Shown here: piece after piece, positions 10,368 to 22,200 of the stretch | Layout of the letters: the number at the start of each line of letters is the position of its first letter | Numbering within the stretch: the stretch's first letter is position 1 | Made by a program: the position numbers and the translations under genes | DNA from: Lenisia limosa | Taxonomy: Eukaryota; Protista; Breviatea | Direction of reading: 5' to 3' | Length of the DNA stretch: 37,717 bases | Assembly: GCA_001655205.1 (NCBI GenBank) | Contig: LPNZ01010503.1 | Span: 1-37,717, forward strand | Notes under the pieces: model-generated | Seen by the model: the letters and a program-made list of their open reading frames with translations, nothing else | Told to the model about the DNA's origin: nothing | Databases searched by the model: none

Positions 10368-13158
10368 ATGAGAGCATGGCTCCTTCTCCTCTTGGCGGTT
10401 CTGCCCCTCTCTTTTTCCGTCACCTTTGTAAGCTTTTTGGGAATAATAGATGTCATGGCGGTTGGGAGAAATGTGATGGTTTTTTTTGAGGCTGAGGATA
10501 TGTGACGACCGCAGATAGTGGACGAAAGACACCCCATTGAGAACGCTTTGGCCCAGGCCGAAGCCGTCATGTTTGATGAAGTCGTCATCAAAATCGCAGC
10601 CGGACATTATGTGTAGGCTGAGAGGATTATAAGCAAAGAAAATATTACGTGTAGTATTTTATTGGCTTTGACGGGGCACTGTAACATTCTGCTACAAGCT
10701 ATAGGTTCATTATCGATATCCTTATCATCTGCTATCATGGTGATAAAACCGTTAGCAAAGCGGAGTATTGGCTCAGCCGCTATAACACAGTAGGGTCAGT
10801 GTCCCCGTGGAACTCTTTGCTGATGTGTTCCTTGAGGGTGTTGGTGACGACAAAACAACACTGGAGTTCAAGGCGGAATCTGGTGGGAAGATCATGTGAT
10901 TCCAAACCCATCAAATCAGACTTCTTACCATGCAGCATCGATGAGTGCCTTCAATTCAATGGGACGAATCATGTTCCAATCCATGACGTTCAGAATGAGC
11001 TGCCCCACAGCCGTACCCNNNNNNNNNNNNNNNNNNNNNNNNNNNNNNNNNNNNNNNNNNNNNNNNNNNNNNNNNNNNNNNNNNNNNNNNNNNNNNNNNN
11101 NNNNNNNNNNNNNNNNNNNNNNNNNNNNNNNNNNNNNNNNNNNNNNNNNNNNNNNNNNNNNNNNNNNNNNNNNNNNNNNNNNNNNNNNNNNNNNNNNNNN
11201 NNNNNNNNNNNNNTTCACACTTATGAACAAATGATACTGTGCGTTTTTGATTGCATTTCACTCTTATTGTTCATGATATTTTATATATTACCTCCGCCGG
11301 TTAATTTTGCTGCTCCTCCGTAGATAGCGGCCTTCTTTCACTGTAGACAAAACGGTGATTGAAGTATACCTGCTTTGGTTATTGTACCCAGATATATTTT
11401 ATTAACCTCTGCAGGTACGTTGGAGTGATGGGATGCAGTGCTGCAGAAGCGACTGACCTGGGCTTTGNNNNNNNNNNNNNNNNNNNNNNNNNNNNNNNNN
11501 NNNNNNNNNNNNNNNNNNNNNNNNNNNNNNNNNNNNNNNNNNNNNNNNNNNNNNNNNNNNNNNNNNNNNNNNNNNNNNNNNNNNNNNNNNNNNNNNNNNN
11601 NNNNNGTTGTCGGTGGCGGCGCCGTATTCAACAATGTCAAGGTATTGGCGGTTCCAATGCCTCAGAAATGAGGAATTACAAACACAATAGTTGTATTACT
11701 GTGAGATGTCAATTGTCTAATCAAACAGGTTGTGAATTTGACGCAGCCTTTGTTGTCTCTTTCAGGTCTCAATCAGTTCTCGGGCTTTCTCACTGTGGTG
11801 GGTTGATGTGGGCTACCGTATCCCAATTAGCATCTTGCAAGAGTACTTTTTGAGCCTGTTGATTAACTGAGTAGAATGATCTTGATATTGAGGCTACCAG
11901 CGTGTCGAAGCCCCTTTTTGATGTATCCAATACCAATGTTGACGTAAGCGTCCGGGCATGGTGCCTTTCCTGACCAATGCAGGTCTCACGTGTTACGCTC
12001 AACACCACTTCTGTCGGCGACCACGCAGCGCTCTTGTGGGCTTGGGGGGGGGGGCAATTGAGTGATGGAACATTATTACATGTATCATATCCCACAAAAT
12101 TCAACTTGCCTTCCCCAGTATTTAGGAAATTGGATGAGCTGTTAATGGCGATATGGAAGCTCGGCCATATTCCTTGGGATAGAGCTTTTATGCATCCATC
12201 CCAACGTGCTGCAAGTGACATATGTAGTGATTTTGATACCGTGACCGGTACCATTACGGACATCAAATCCCTTTCCAAAACGCCTTTCCCTACTCTTCAC
12301 GGCTACATTGTGGGTCCGTTACACTCTTCGGCCTTCGTTGTAGCTTTATCTGTGGCGCACTTCACAGTAGTATTGCTTTACAGGGCTAATATGATTTGGT
12401 ATAATAATGGTATTGAGTGCATTCCTTCTCTTCATATTGTGATGTAGGATGACATCACAATGACCAACTTGGACTTGACTAATGGCGGAATTGATGTTAT
12501 TCGGTAGGGGGTCGTTCAGTGATCATTTTGAATTTTACATGTAGTATTATACCCCAAGTGTGAAGTCTTTTAACTGTTTGCACAGAAAGATGTGAAAGTG
12601 TGACTTTTTAGAGGAGGTTTAAGTTTGACTTTTTAGTGGAGATTTAACCGTGCAAAATGCAAAGATTGTTACCACGTCTCCTTCAGCTGTTATTGTCAAA
12701 GAGACCAAGGTTGGATTAAAACTGGGTTGACCTTTCTGCTCCATTACCAAGTACTTGAGGTTCACTATTCCCCAGCTTAAGATGACCAATTCTGGTCTTT
12801 CTTCATCTGATGTTTGTCTGAGTCTGCAACAGGAGGCGTCTGCTGATATCGAAGCTGACCTTGCTCACTGCCAACTGGGGTGGGCTTGTGCCCAATAGGA
12901 ACATGATAACTGGTCTTAAGATCCTGCCTGGATTAACACTTCAGTGTTTCTGCTGACAATTCTGAGGCCAAGCTAAAAGTAACTCTGGTGAGAGAGGGGG
13001 GGGGGGGGNNNNNNNNNNNNNNNNNNNNNNNNNNNNNNNNNNNNNNNNNNNNNNNNNNNNNNNNNNNNNNNNNNNNNNNNNNNNNNNNNNNAACATTTCA
13101 GCTTGACGTGCAGACGGAGTGTGAAGCGTCACATGGAGGGTCATGTACTGACGTCTGA
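10368..13158 (+). CDS. Secreted pectin-lyase-fold (right-handed beta-helix)-like protein, multi-exon
   Basis: Signal peptide MRAWLLLLLAVLPLSFSVTF. It is followed by IENALAQAEA...VIKIAAGHYVVSVPVELFADVFLEGVGDDKTTLEF, which matches the IxLxxGxY...LxGxG...TxL cap of beta-helix proteins, then GGGAVFNN (11612-11635) and N/D-rich beta-strand exons. The last exon is TECEASHGGSCTDV* (TGA 13156-13158). Three gaps lie inside the gene. Confidence 0.75.
12601..12647 (+). repeat. Intronic tandem duplication, 2 copies with 25-nt period
   Basis: TGACTTTTTAGAGGAGGTTTAA (12601) and TGACTTTTTAGTGGAGATTTAA (12626). Confidence 0.8.
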
Positions 13159-13239
13159 TGGCCGTCGAGCGTATTATTGGTTTTGTATTATTTACCTTAT
13201 ATTGGTAGGGTGACTTGTTGAAATAGAATCAGGTGATAT

Positions 13240-16200
13240 TTATTTTACCACAACTACAAAAAGTTCTTCGAAAAGGACATTCTTGTAAAAGATGCCATAA
13301 GAAGTTAAATGGGGTGGTACTGTGTTGACAAACTGCATTCTACAAGTGTCAGATGACGGCCCTCTGAAGGAAAGAATCATACCATTACCGTCCCCTAAAA
13401 GGAGGGGTTGACTGGCTATCGTGACCTTTCTCGACGGTTTTGGTCGCGCCTGGTGCTTCGAACTGGGCAGGCGAGCCGCATGGCCATATTGGCATAAGGT
13501 CGCTTCCACCGCTGTTGAGTTAACCATGAAGACACCCACAAATTGCAATGCCCCTCATCCCCTCCTCACCAGGGGTATCGCTTTTATTTGACCAGTAGTC
13601 TGTAAACCCAATGTTCCGTTTTGAAGCCGGGGCCACCCCCGGGTTCCGGACAATGGTGTATGCCTTTTGCCATCTGAAGGGTCAGCCGTTAACCATATAT
13701 TTGCCACGTTCACACCTTTTACGCGCTTTCTGTGCCGGTGTTTTGTAGTCTGTTCGCACCTAAAATAAGATGTGAACAATAGAATAATAATATATATGAT
13801 ATCTATATATGATATGTAGAAATGAGAAAAAATTTTAAGGTATTAAAAATCAGCAAACCTGGCAAACATCTCGATGATGAAGGGCTTCTAAAAGGGTTAA
13901 TAGCAGGTGGGATAATCGGTTCTTTGGTGAAGAATGAAGATAATAAAAGATGTCTGCAACAATGGAGGGAAATGTGCAAACCTCTAAACAAGACGGCAGT
14001 GAGGGCAATGACAGCAGGGTGTGTGTAGCGGTGGTGCAGTGTCACAACTGCCATGACTGAAGGGTCAGTCATTTCCTTCGTTTCCATTGTTATGTGGGAT
14101 AGTGATAGGATAATATCGGCAAAACTTCTCCATACATATTTTGAACCCAGCATCGAAGGCAACAGTAGCATCGTCTGATGTAGCGGCAAATGCCTTGGTA
14201 ATGTCCATTCGCGGGAATCGGAAGAAGAACTGCAACTATTAGCCTGGGTTGAAACCATGAGGCTTCAAGAATCAAGTATTGTTCACGAATCGCTGGTCAC
14301 AAGAAAGCAAACCTTGCTAAGCCCAAGGATGAAGGTCACAATTGCGGTCATAAGCCCGCCAAGGGTGTTGAAGAAGACACCAATATAATCAACAAGGACG
14401 TATGCCTGGAAGCTGGGGGGGGGGGTGATTTCCCAATCATTAATCTGATAGGAAAGCACAGTTCTCCAAAGCATGTTCACCCCTCCAAAAATTCTTCTGT
14501 TATAGATCTTGAACTAAACCCAAGCACCCCACCCCCTAACTATCGGACGCGTTCATGGCCGTCACATAAACAATACTTGCCGAATACCATCACAACAATT
14601 CGGTACAGTGCAGTACCCGATACTAAACAAGTTAGCGAAGATGAAATGAGCCCATGAACGAGAAAGTAGGATAAGCCCCTCCCTCCCACAAAGAAGGATA
14701 AGAACGTGTTTGGCATTGTTGAATGCCTGGCTAACGTAGTTGTCAGGTAGGAAGAGATATGCCAAAACAAGGCAAGTCAGAATGGTAAGGAGAAGTATCT
14801 AAAACAGTAACACAAATCCAATGTGACATATAGTTCAACTACAATACAAAATGTGATTGATGGTTATCGCTGCATCAAAGCTCACCTGAAAGATAACAAT
14901 TCGGGCAACTTGGTAGCCTGTGTACTTCATTGCAAGGTGCGGACCAAACGTGTCCCTTAGAAGTTAGGTGATTTGGCCACTTTGTCAAAGGGCTTCATTA
15001 TGATGCCAAGAATGCCTGTTTCTATACAACAGATACCCCACACTTCCCACCTGCTCCGGTACCAGTTCTGTCCCATTCGCAAGGCGAACGACTGTTAAGT
15101 GAGTCTCGGAAAACCAAAGAGGATACTGTAGTATTCAACCAGCATTCGCAAACCTTCCTCTTGAAGTTCCTGGCGACAAGCAGCCAGATAATGAGGGTGG
15201 ACGCCGTGACGGCGTAGAAGGCGATGGTGGTGGCAAAGTGGACGTTTCTCTGGAGGTCATCCATAAAGCCTGCTGCCTGGGACTGTGATTTCATTGCCAT
15301 GATTTGGATAACAACCAAATGATAGCATAGAAGTCCATGATTAAAACAAGATCCCCCTCACGTTGCCCTTGCCATTCTGCATGAACACCAGCATGACTTG
15401 AGAGTTGAGCGGCCGACCGCCCAATATGCTCGGTACTATACCGAAGACCTGTGGCCGGTAAGAACAATGCGGGGAGGAAAATAGAAAAAGAAAAAAAAGA
15501 AAAAAAAGAAAAAAAAGAAAAAAAAGAAAAAAAAGAAAAAAAAAGAAATGGCGAAGGAGAGGGAGAATCGAACTCCTGCCCATCACTGGACCAATGGCTT
15601 TGAAGGCCATCCCCCCGGCCACGGGGGCTCACTCCTTCAAAAAATATACCAGCTCGGATTATCTCTATATACTTTGGCGTTTCAAAAATGGTCGTTTTTA
15701 ACTGAATGTTTTTCGATAAACACATTTCCTGTCCTTTCAAAAGTACAAATTCCCACAACCCAATGCATCACGTGACCCTCAAATGTCCCTCCTACACCCG
15801 TAAAAAGCTCTTCAGTTCTGCCAACCTCCCCCCCCTTTTTTTTAATTGTTCTTTTGTGTAGTCAACCGCTGGACCTCTATGATCTTAGTTTCAAGAGAGA
15901 CTTTACTGCAAAAAAGTTATTGTCCTTTTGTTTGCCTTTTGTTGTTTACTGCCTCCTTTTCAAACCGCCATGGTTTATATTTCCCTTATTTTGATGGTGC
16001 AACAAACATGTTTCACAGTAAGATAATAACGTTTTNNNNNNNNNNNNNNNNNNNNNNNNNNNNNNNNNNNNNNNNNNNNNNNNNNNNNNNNNNNNNNNNN
16101 NNNNNNNNNNNNNNNNNNNNNNNNNGTTGGCTGTCCCATTAATGACCTCAATGGTTGTGTCTGGGCAATCAGAGAACAGGCGATACTTTGATCAACAAAT

Positions 16201-19200
16201 GCCAATAAAGACTGGAGAAACATTGACCCCACCAATTGTGTTATAGTTGTCCAGAACAAACTCCTGCGATTGCAGAACAGTGTCAATAATTGTCATTTTG
16301 GATCTTTCGATCTGAATGTCGAACCACATCAAACCGCACATGATGAACATGTAAAATAATAGGGTAATCTAAAGCAGTCAGGAAAAGCTCATCCAGGGGT
16401 CACAGTACTATATTTTTTGGAGACATGCCAGGAGATACATATGGAAGAGCTAAATATTGCAATTCTCAGCATCATATTGAACAACCATTACGGTTCATAA
16501 AAAAGAGAGTAAAATTATCAACAATCAATGGGCTAATCAACAAAAAGAAGTTTCATGTGGGGAATGAATGGAATTATAACTTACCACAAGGGATATCACG
16601 GCAGTGTAAACGAATCTTTGGGGGTATTTGTAGCTGCTCGATGTGAACTAAATTATCAGTGTCATTGAAGAAAGGCCCTGGAAATTGGCATAATAAGCTA
16701 CAGACGATCCTCTTGTGTAATCTTTTAATACATGAGCTATGAGTCTGTATGAATCCACAATTTTCCCTCATATGATACCTCTCAAGGAGACAAAGTGCCA
16801 AAGGACACCCCTTACAAGCTGCTTGAGATTGCGTGGCTTGGTCCACAGCATGGACTTGACGGAAAGCTTGATAGACCACCATGTTGCTGTCAGGAATCGT
16901 GAGACTGCTGAGAGGTCGTGGAAAGGGTCCTGCTTTGTGACTCTCGGGTTCATTGCACAGAAATCATCATCATGCCCCCCCCCCCCCCCCCNNNNNNNNN
17001 NNNNNNNNNNNNNNNNNNNNNNNNNNNNNNNNNNNNNNNNNNNNNNNNNNNNNNNNNNNNNNNNNNNNNNNNNNNNNNNNNNNNNNNNNNNNNNNNNNNN
17101 NNNNNNNNNNNNNNNNNNNNNNNNNNNNNNNTCATCAGGCGATGTGGAGGAAAGGTTGAGCGTGTACAGAATTTGCCTGGGGGCGGGGTTATGCTGTCCA
17201 ATGTTGATTAGAAGACCGATGAAGAAAAGCCTATGCCACTCACGTTCTCAGCTTGGTGACATGAGTGATCTTGGCTGGCTGGGGGAGGGAGCAGAGGCTG
17301 CGAGCCGCAATAAGATGGTCCATTGGTAAGGCCACACGAGGGTCGCTGTAGCTTAGTAGGGCGTCCTATAGAGTCAGCTCAGCACGGACCTGTCCTACCC
17401 TTTCCCTCTTCACGGATTTGATGTTACGGTTTGAAGCCTCAGCAAGCATTGTTGTTGGGTACGTGCTCTGTTGCGTGAAAGATGTCCAAGCAGTGTAAAG
17501 TTGAAGGGGCTTTTCCCTTTTTGTGCGAAGCCATTGAACACATAGAAGAACAAAAGGACAATAACGCTACTTGTTATTTTTCATTTCCACATATTGATAC
17601 CAATCACAATCGAATGTTCAATTAGCTCTTCTGAGTATCTTTACCGCCCCCCCCGCACTTACCCTGCTGTTCTCACGGTACTTGGAATTCTGTAACGGTC
17701 AAAAGGGACAAAGTATTATTGAGGAGTTGGTTCGTATTGGTCAAGCAAAACAACAAGTTAGATTTGTCTCCTGTTGGAATGTATCGAAATCTTCTCATAA
17801 CTAAGCTAACCTCCATATCACCATCCTACCTTCCGGTCGCAATAGTAGGTCCATTGTGCAGCAGCGAGGAGGACAAGCATGGCAATGGAGGCCATGTACA
17901 CCAAGTCGTCCAACACCACAACAAAAATGTCTGACATGAAACTAAAAAGCATGAAAATCATCCAGTTATAGTGCAGGAGAGTGGCTGATTGTAGATATCG
18001 ATATATCATTTATTTGGCGTAAAAAACTCACTTGTCATGCGTGTAGATTACATAGAGCGAGTACATCTGCTTGAGAGCAACAAAAATAGCCACAGCAAAG
18101 ACAGCTAAAGTGTAAAATATGAGAGCATGTCATTTATTACCAGTTGAGGGTTTCATTGATCCGAATAAGTTTGAAGACATGTTCAAAATCTCATTAAAAA
18201 ACCGAAATGAAATTTTCGTTTCCTGAGGCCCACCAATAGAGTTACTTTTCAGGTTAGCCACATGTCCAACAAAGCCAAGAAGGGCTGAAAACAGCAGACG
18301 AATGGATATGTCATCTGGGGGTAAAAACCAGCTTTGGAGGGCATTCATATCAAAGAATTTGGTCAGTTGAGTGAATTGTTGAATACATTAAACGTATACA
18401 CATATGGTATAACAATGAAACACATCTTGAGAGGGTCCTACTTAGGGTACTTGCAACAGGGATATTGAGGTTTAGCACATTGACTGGGTGGGACAGTTCA
18501 GACTCTATTCCCGCCACTGTAAACCTGAAAGTTTAATTTCATATGAATACTTCTGTAGGTCTTACCTGAATTTGTAGACTCCACTTCCACCACTTTGCAA
18601 ACTAAACCAGTAAACCTTCCATCAAGCTATTCATCTTCTGTTGCTATTCACCCTGGTCCGAAAAAGGTGGGTAGAAAGCTGAAATAGCCGAGAATATAAT
18701 CTTGACCATGTCTTCAACTCCCCCAGCCCACTGGAGATTGCTGAACGTGAAAACCCCGTCATCATCGGACACCAGGCTATCAAATACGATCCTCACTGCA
18801 GCCTTCTTAAATTCTCCATCGCTGTTCTGAGGGGTCAATACACCCAGTGCCACACCTCCTTATAGGCTTGAACACTGATGTCCCAGTTTTTCTGGATCAG
18901 ATCGAGTGCAGCTCGAGGCTTCTTCTTCTTAATCGTGTCAAAGTCGTAAATAATCTAAACAGTGAGGTTGAAGACAAATCAAATCCATAATATTTATGAT
19001 TATAAATGAACTAGGGCTGCAGACCTGAACGATTGGCTGAATCATGTTGGGGTCAATCGCTTCGCTATTGGATACGTAGCTCTATACAGTGAGGGGAAAC
19101 GTTCTTGTACGGGCGATGTCAGATACCATAAAACAATAATAAATAGTGTCCAACATACAATAGTTCCTTCTTTAACACGGGGTTGCGTTGTGATGTTGAC

Positions 19201-22200
19201 GCTTTTAATGGGGTTGAGTAGCTTGAATGATTTTGATCTAAAGATTGAGGGGCGAAATCTCTTATGATTCTTATTGTTGTGTTTGTTAAAAAGAAAATTT
19301 GTAAAATTTATTTCAGAAATTAATTATACATTAATATTTGCAATTAGTTCAAAATTAAATTTGTCAATTAATATTCTCCAAAATAATATCACGAACAGTT
19401 CTTTTGGATTGTTCCAGAACAAATATAATAAATTCCAAAAACTTCCAGAACATTGGGGTTTTCGAGTTGATTGTTTTTCAAAACAAAAATAAGATAAACG
19501 TTCTGTATTTCTGATTGGTTTATTGCCTGTTCAGAATGAAAGGGGGCAAATGGTGACAGTTAACCAATAACAACAATATTGTTGAAAATGAACTGATTGA
19601 AATAATTTTAAATTAATTTCGAAAAAATTATAAATTAATTTCTCCAAAAAAAAAAAAAATTAATACAATTGAAAAGATTAATTCAAAGAATTAATTGGAC
19701 CGACTTCTAAAAATTTGATTGTTTTCAATAGTTATTAGGTTAGCAATCAAAACGGTTTTTTGATAAAGGGTCTTACTGGGTTGATGTTCGGGTGCTGTCA
19801 ATTGCCAAATAGTACTGACCTACTCCGTCAGTGAAGAGTCCAAATAAGAGATGAAAGAAGACTGCCAAGGCCCACCCGTGTTGCCAGAAGTGAATTGAAA
19901 TGGCGTTGCGACTGTGGCAACTACTGTTCGAGTGGACAGATTGGCAAACGTTCCAACTGGTGCAGTCAGTGTAGTATGGAGGAAGGCAATTCAGAGGGCA
20001 AACAAATAAGGAAGATTCATCATTCCTCAATTGGCATGGGCAAATAGGTTCCTCTGTTTTTTCATACGTTTCTTGGAATCTCGACAGATCTATAATCGAT
20101 AAGTAAGCAAGGGAGGTTACAACACATCAAACACTCATTATCCCAGCCCACTGCAATACACTGCTCGGGATTCTGCATGGAGTTCAGTGGGTCTAAATGG
20201 TCACAGAATTTCAACATATACACTGTAAATAAACTTGTTCAGTGTATACAATGCAATATGTCGTCTGAATTGCTCTAAACCAGATTGGTCTATTGTGACC
20301 CCTCATGCCTGAGAAGTCAAAGTTCTGTCGCGATAAGCAGTCCAGGCAGCCCTATGTAGTAAGCGTCCATTATTTGAACAATATGATATGTTTTTGGACA
20401 AAAGTCCTTATCATTGCTTAGACACATTGCTGACCGCTGATCTTTGGACGACAGGATGGGCGGATACTCGGAGGACTTCGGTGTAGGACGGAACCCCATT
20501 GGACTGCCAGGTGAGACTCAAAAAGAGTGTCAACATGTTGTTAGTAAACATAATACAATCCCACCATTTTGCCTGTGATTTTGAGGAACGGTTCTGGCAG
20601 TCCGACCACGAAGACATTCGAGGGACCTGAAGAGTGAAGGCAGAGACCCTCAACGTACCAGTGGACGACTGTGGTGACGTGTTCTGCAGGGAGTCGGCTG
20701 AGGACTAAAGAGGTTAGGGAAGGGGAAATGTGATGGAGAATTCTGTGAACACAAAACACCCTCGCCAGCTTACTCGGACTTCTAAAGTGACGTAACTGTC
20801 GCCAATCATGGAGTTTTTGATATGCGCATGCTTGAAGGCAACCTGATATGACCGTTCCAAGAAGCTAGTGCTGAACAGAGTCGGCATGCTCGTTTTCGTC
20901 ACCCCGCTCTCATCGAGCATTCCAAACGCCATGCCCATAATGGCTGCGGAGATGGTTAAGTCCCTTAATGGATTCTATTAGCGAAGGAAGAATACCCTTA
21001 GCCCACCATTCTCAGGGGCAGACTGCGCCTCAGCGTTAATTGAAATGTATGAGAGTGAGATGCTTTCCTCCAGGCAGGTTTGGCCTACAGTTTGGATCAG
21101 AAGGGGCTTGAAATACCTTGTTCGTCTTTGCAAATCGTCTCAAATGACGCAAGTTTGGGGAAGGGGACCATTGGCGGTGCAGGTCTAGGCTTGTCAATGG
21201 AATATTAATAGCAGAGCTTTGCTACCTTTTATTATCGTACTAGCGATAAAATGTCACAGCTTACCCAGAAGGAATCTTGGTAATGGCACTGATCAAACGC
21301 GATTTGGCAACAATTTGCTCTGTTGTTGGAATGCAGTCCTTCTTGAAAGCTATACACAGTTCCAGGGTATACTAAGCAATCAGATGAAGCAATTTTTTTA
21401 GCTTTTCAAAAGACGATTACCGCCCGTCCAGCAATACAGAGTACCTCAATACTATCGACATTTTATGAGTCTCACCGTTTCGCCAAGGTTAAAAGGATCC
21501 TGGATTGAGTACAAATTGACAGTGGCGGTTGGGTCGAGGAAGTCTGTCATGAGAAAGCCCGAAATGGACGCCACGTCGGAGGCGTCGTTGATGTTGATGA
21601 ACCGCATCTGGGGCATTAAAGGAGTACAGGTTGGCGATGAAATGCACATGTGCTTACAAGAACAGGGGAAGAAATCGAAAGCACTTGCGACGTGTTCAAA
21701 CTCAACTGCGGTAAGACTCCTGTAATACTGAGTTACATACCAACAGACGCCCAAAGCAAATATGTCACTTGATTCCGAATTGGCCCACCACAAACCTTCC
21801 AAATACGGTAACACGGATGTACTATTCTCTGGCATTTCCTTAAAGAGTTATAGCGAGAAGACATACTAATCATATACAACTTGCCCCCTCCTCACGAATT
21901 CATAACTCGTAAATTCAAGATCTGTGTGATCTTCGAACTCAAAGACAAACGTCCTAGATCAGGATTACAGTTACCGGGTTAGACAAAAGAATACTTAGTG
22001 TGTTTGTACTCAGTTAGCACACTGAATGGGAAACAACACACAAACAAATGAAAGTACAAATGATACAGCATATAATATTAATCATCTCATTGATGTATAC
22101 ATACATATCTATATGCTATGAAAAACACACATCTACCAATGTGATCAATATTTATTATTTTGTGCATTTTCTACACGGCTTTGCCTTACAATCCGATCCA

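Noticed and set aside
13156-13220. TGA read-through (Sec) extending the beta-helix gene into a hydrophobic, GPI-signal-like tail
   Set aside because: No SECIS was recognisable and there is no homology support. An ordinary stop is simpler.
15291-15775. Overlapping Phe/Ser-rich and other ORFs (15291-15758, 15341-15622, 15548-15775)
   Set aside because: They are artefacts of the (TTTTTTTTC)n repeat and the GC-rich tRNA-Sec gene.
16373-16450. Possible GC-AG intron and micro-exon (LFHMYLL|GCATGT)
   Set aside because: It is unnecessary: direct phase-0 GT-AG splicing from about 16588 to 16372 gives a continuous TM helix (VISLV|ITLLFYMF).
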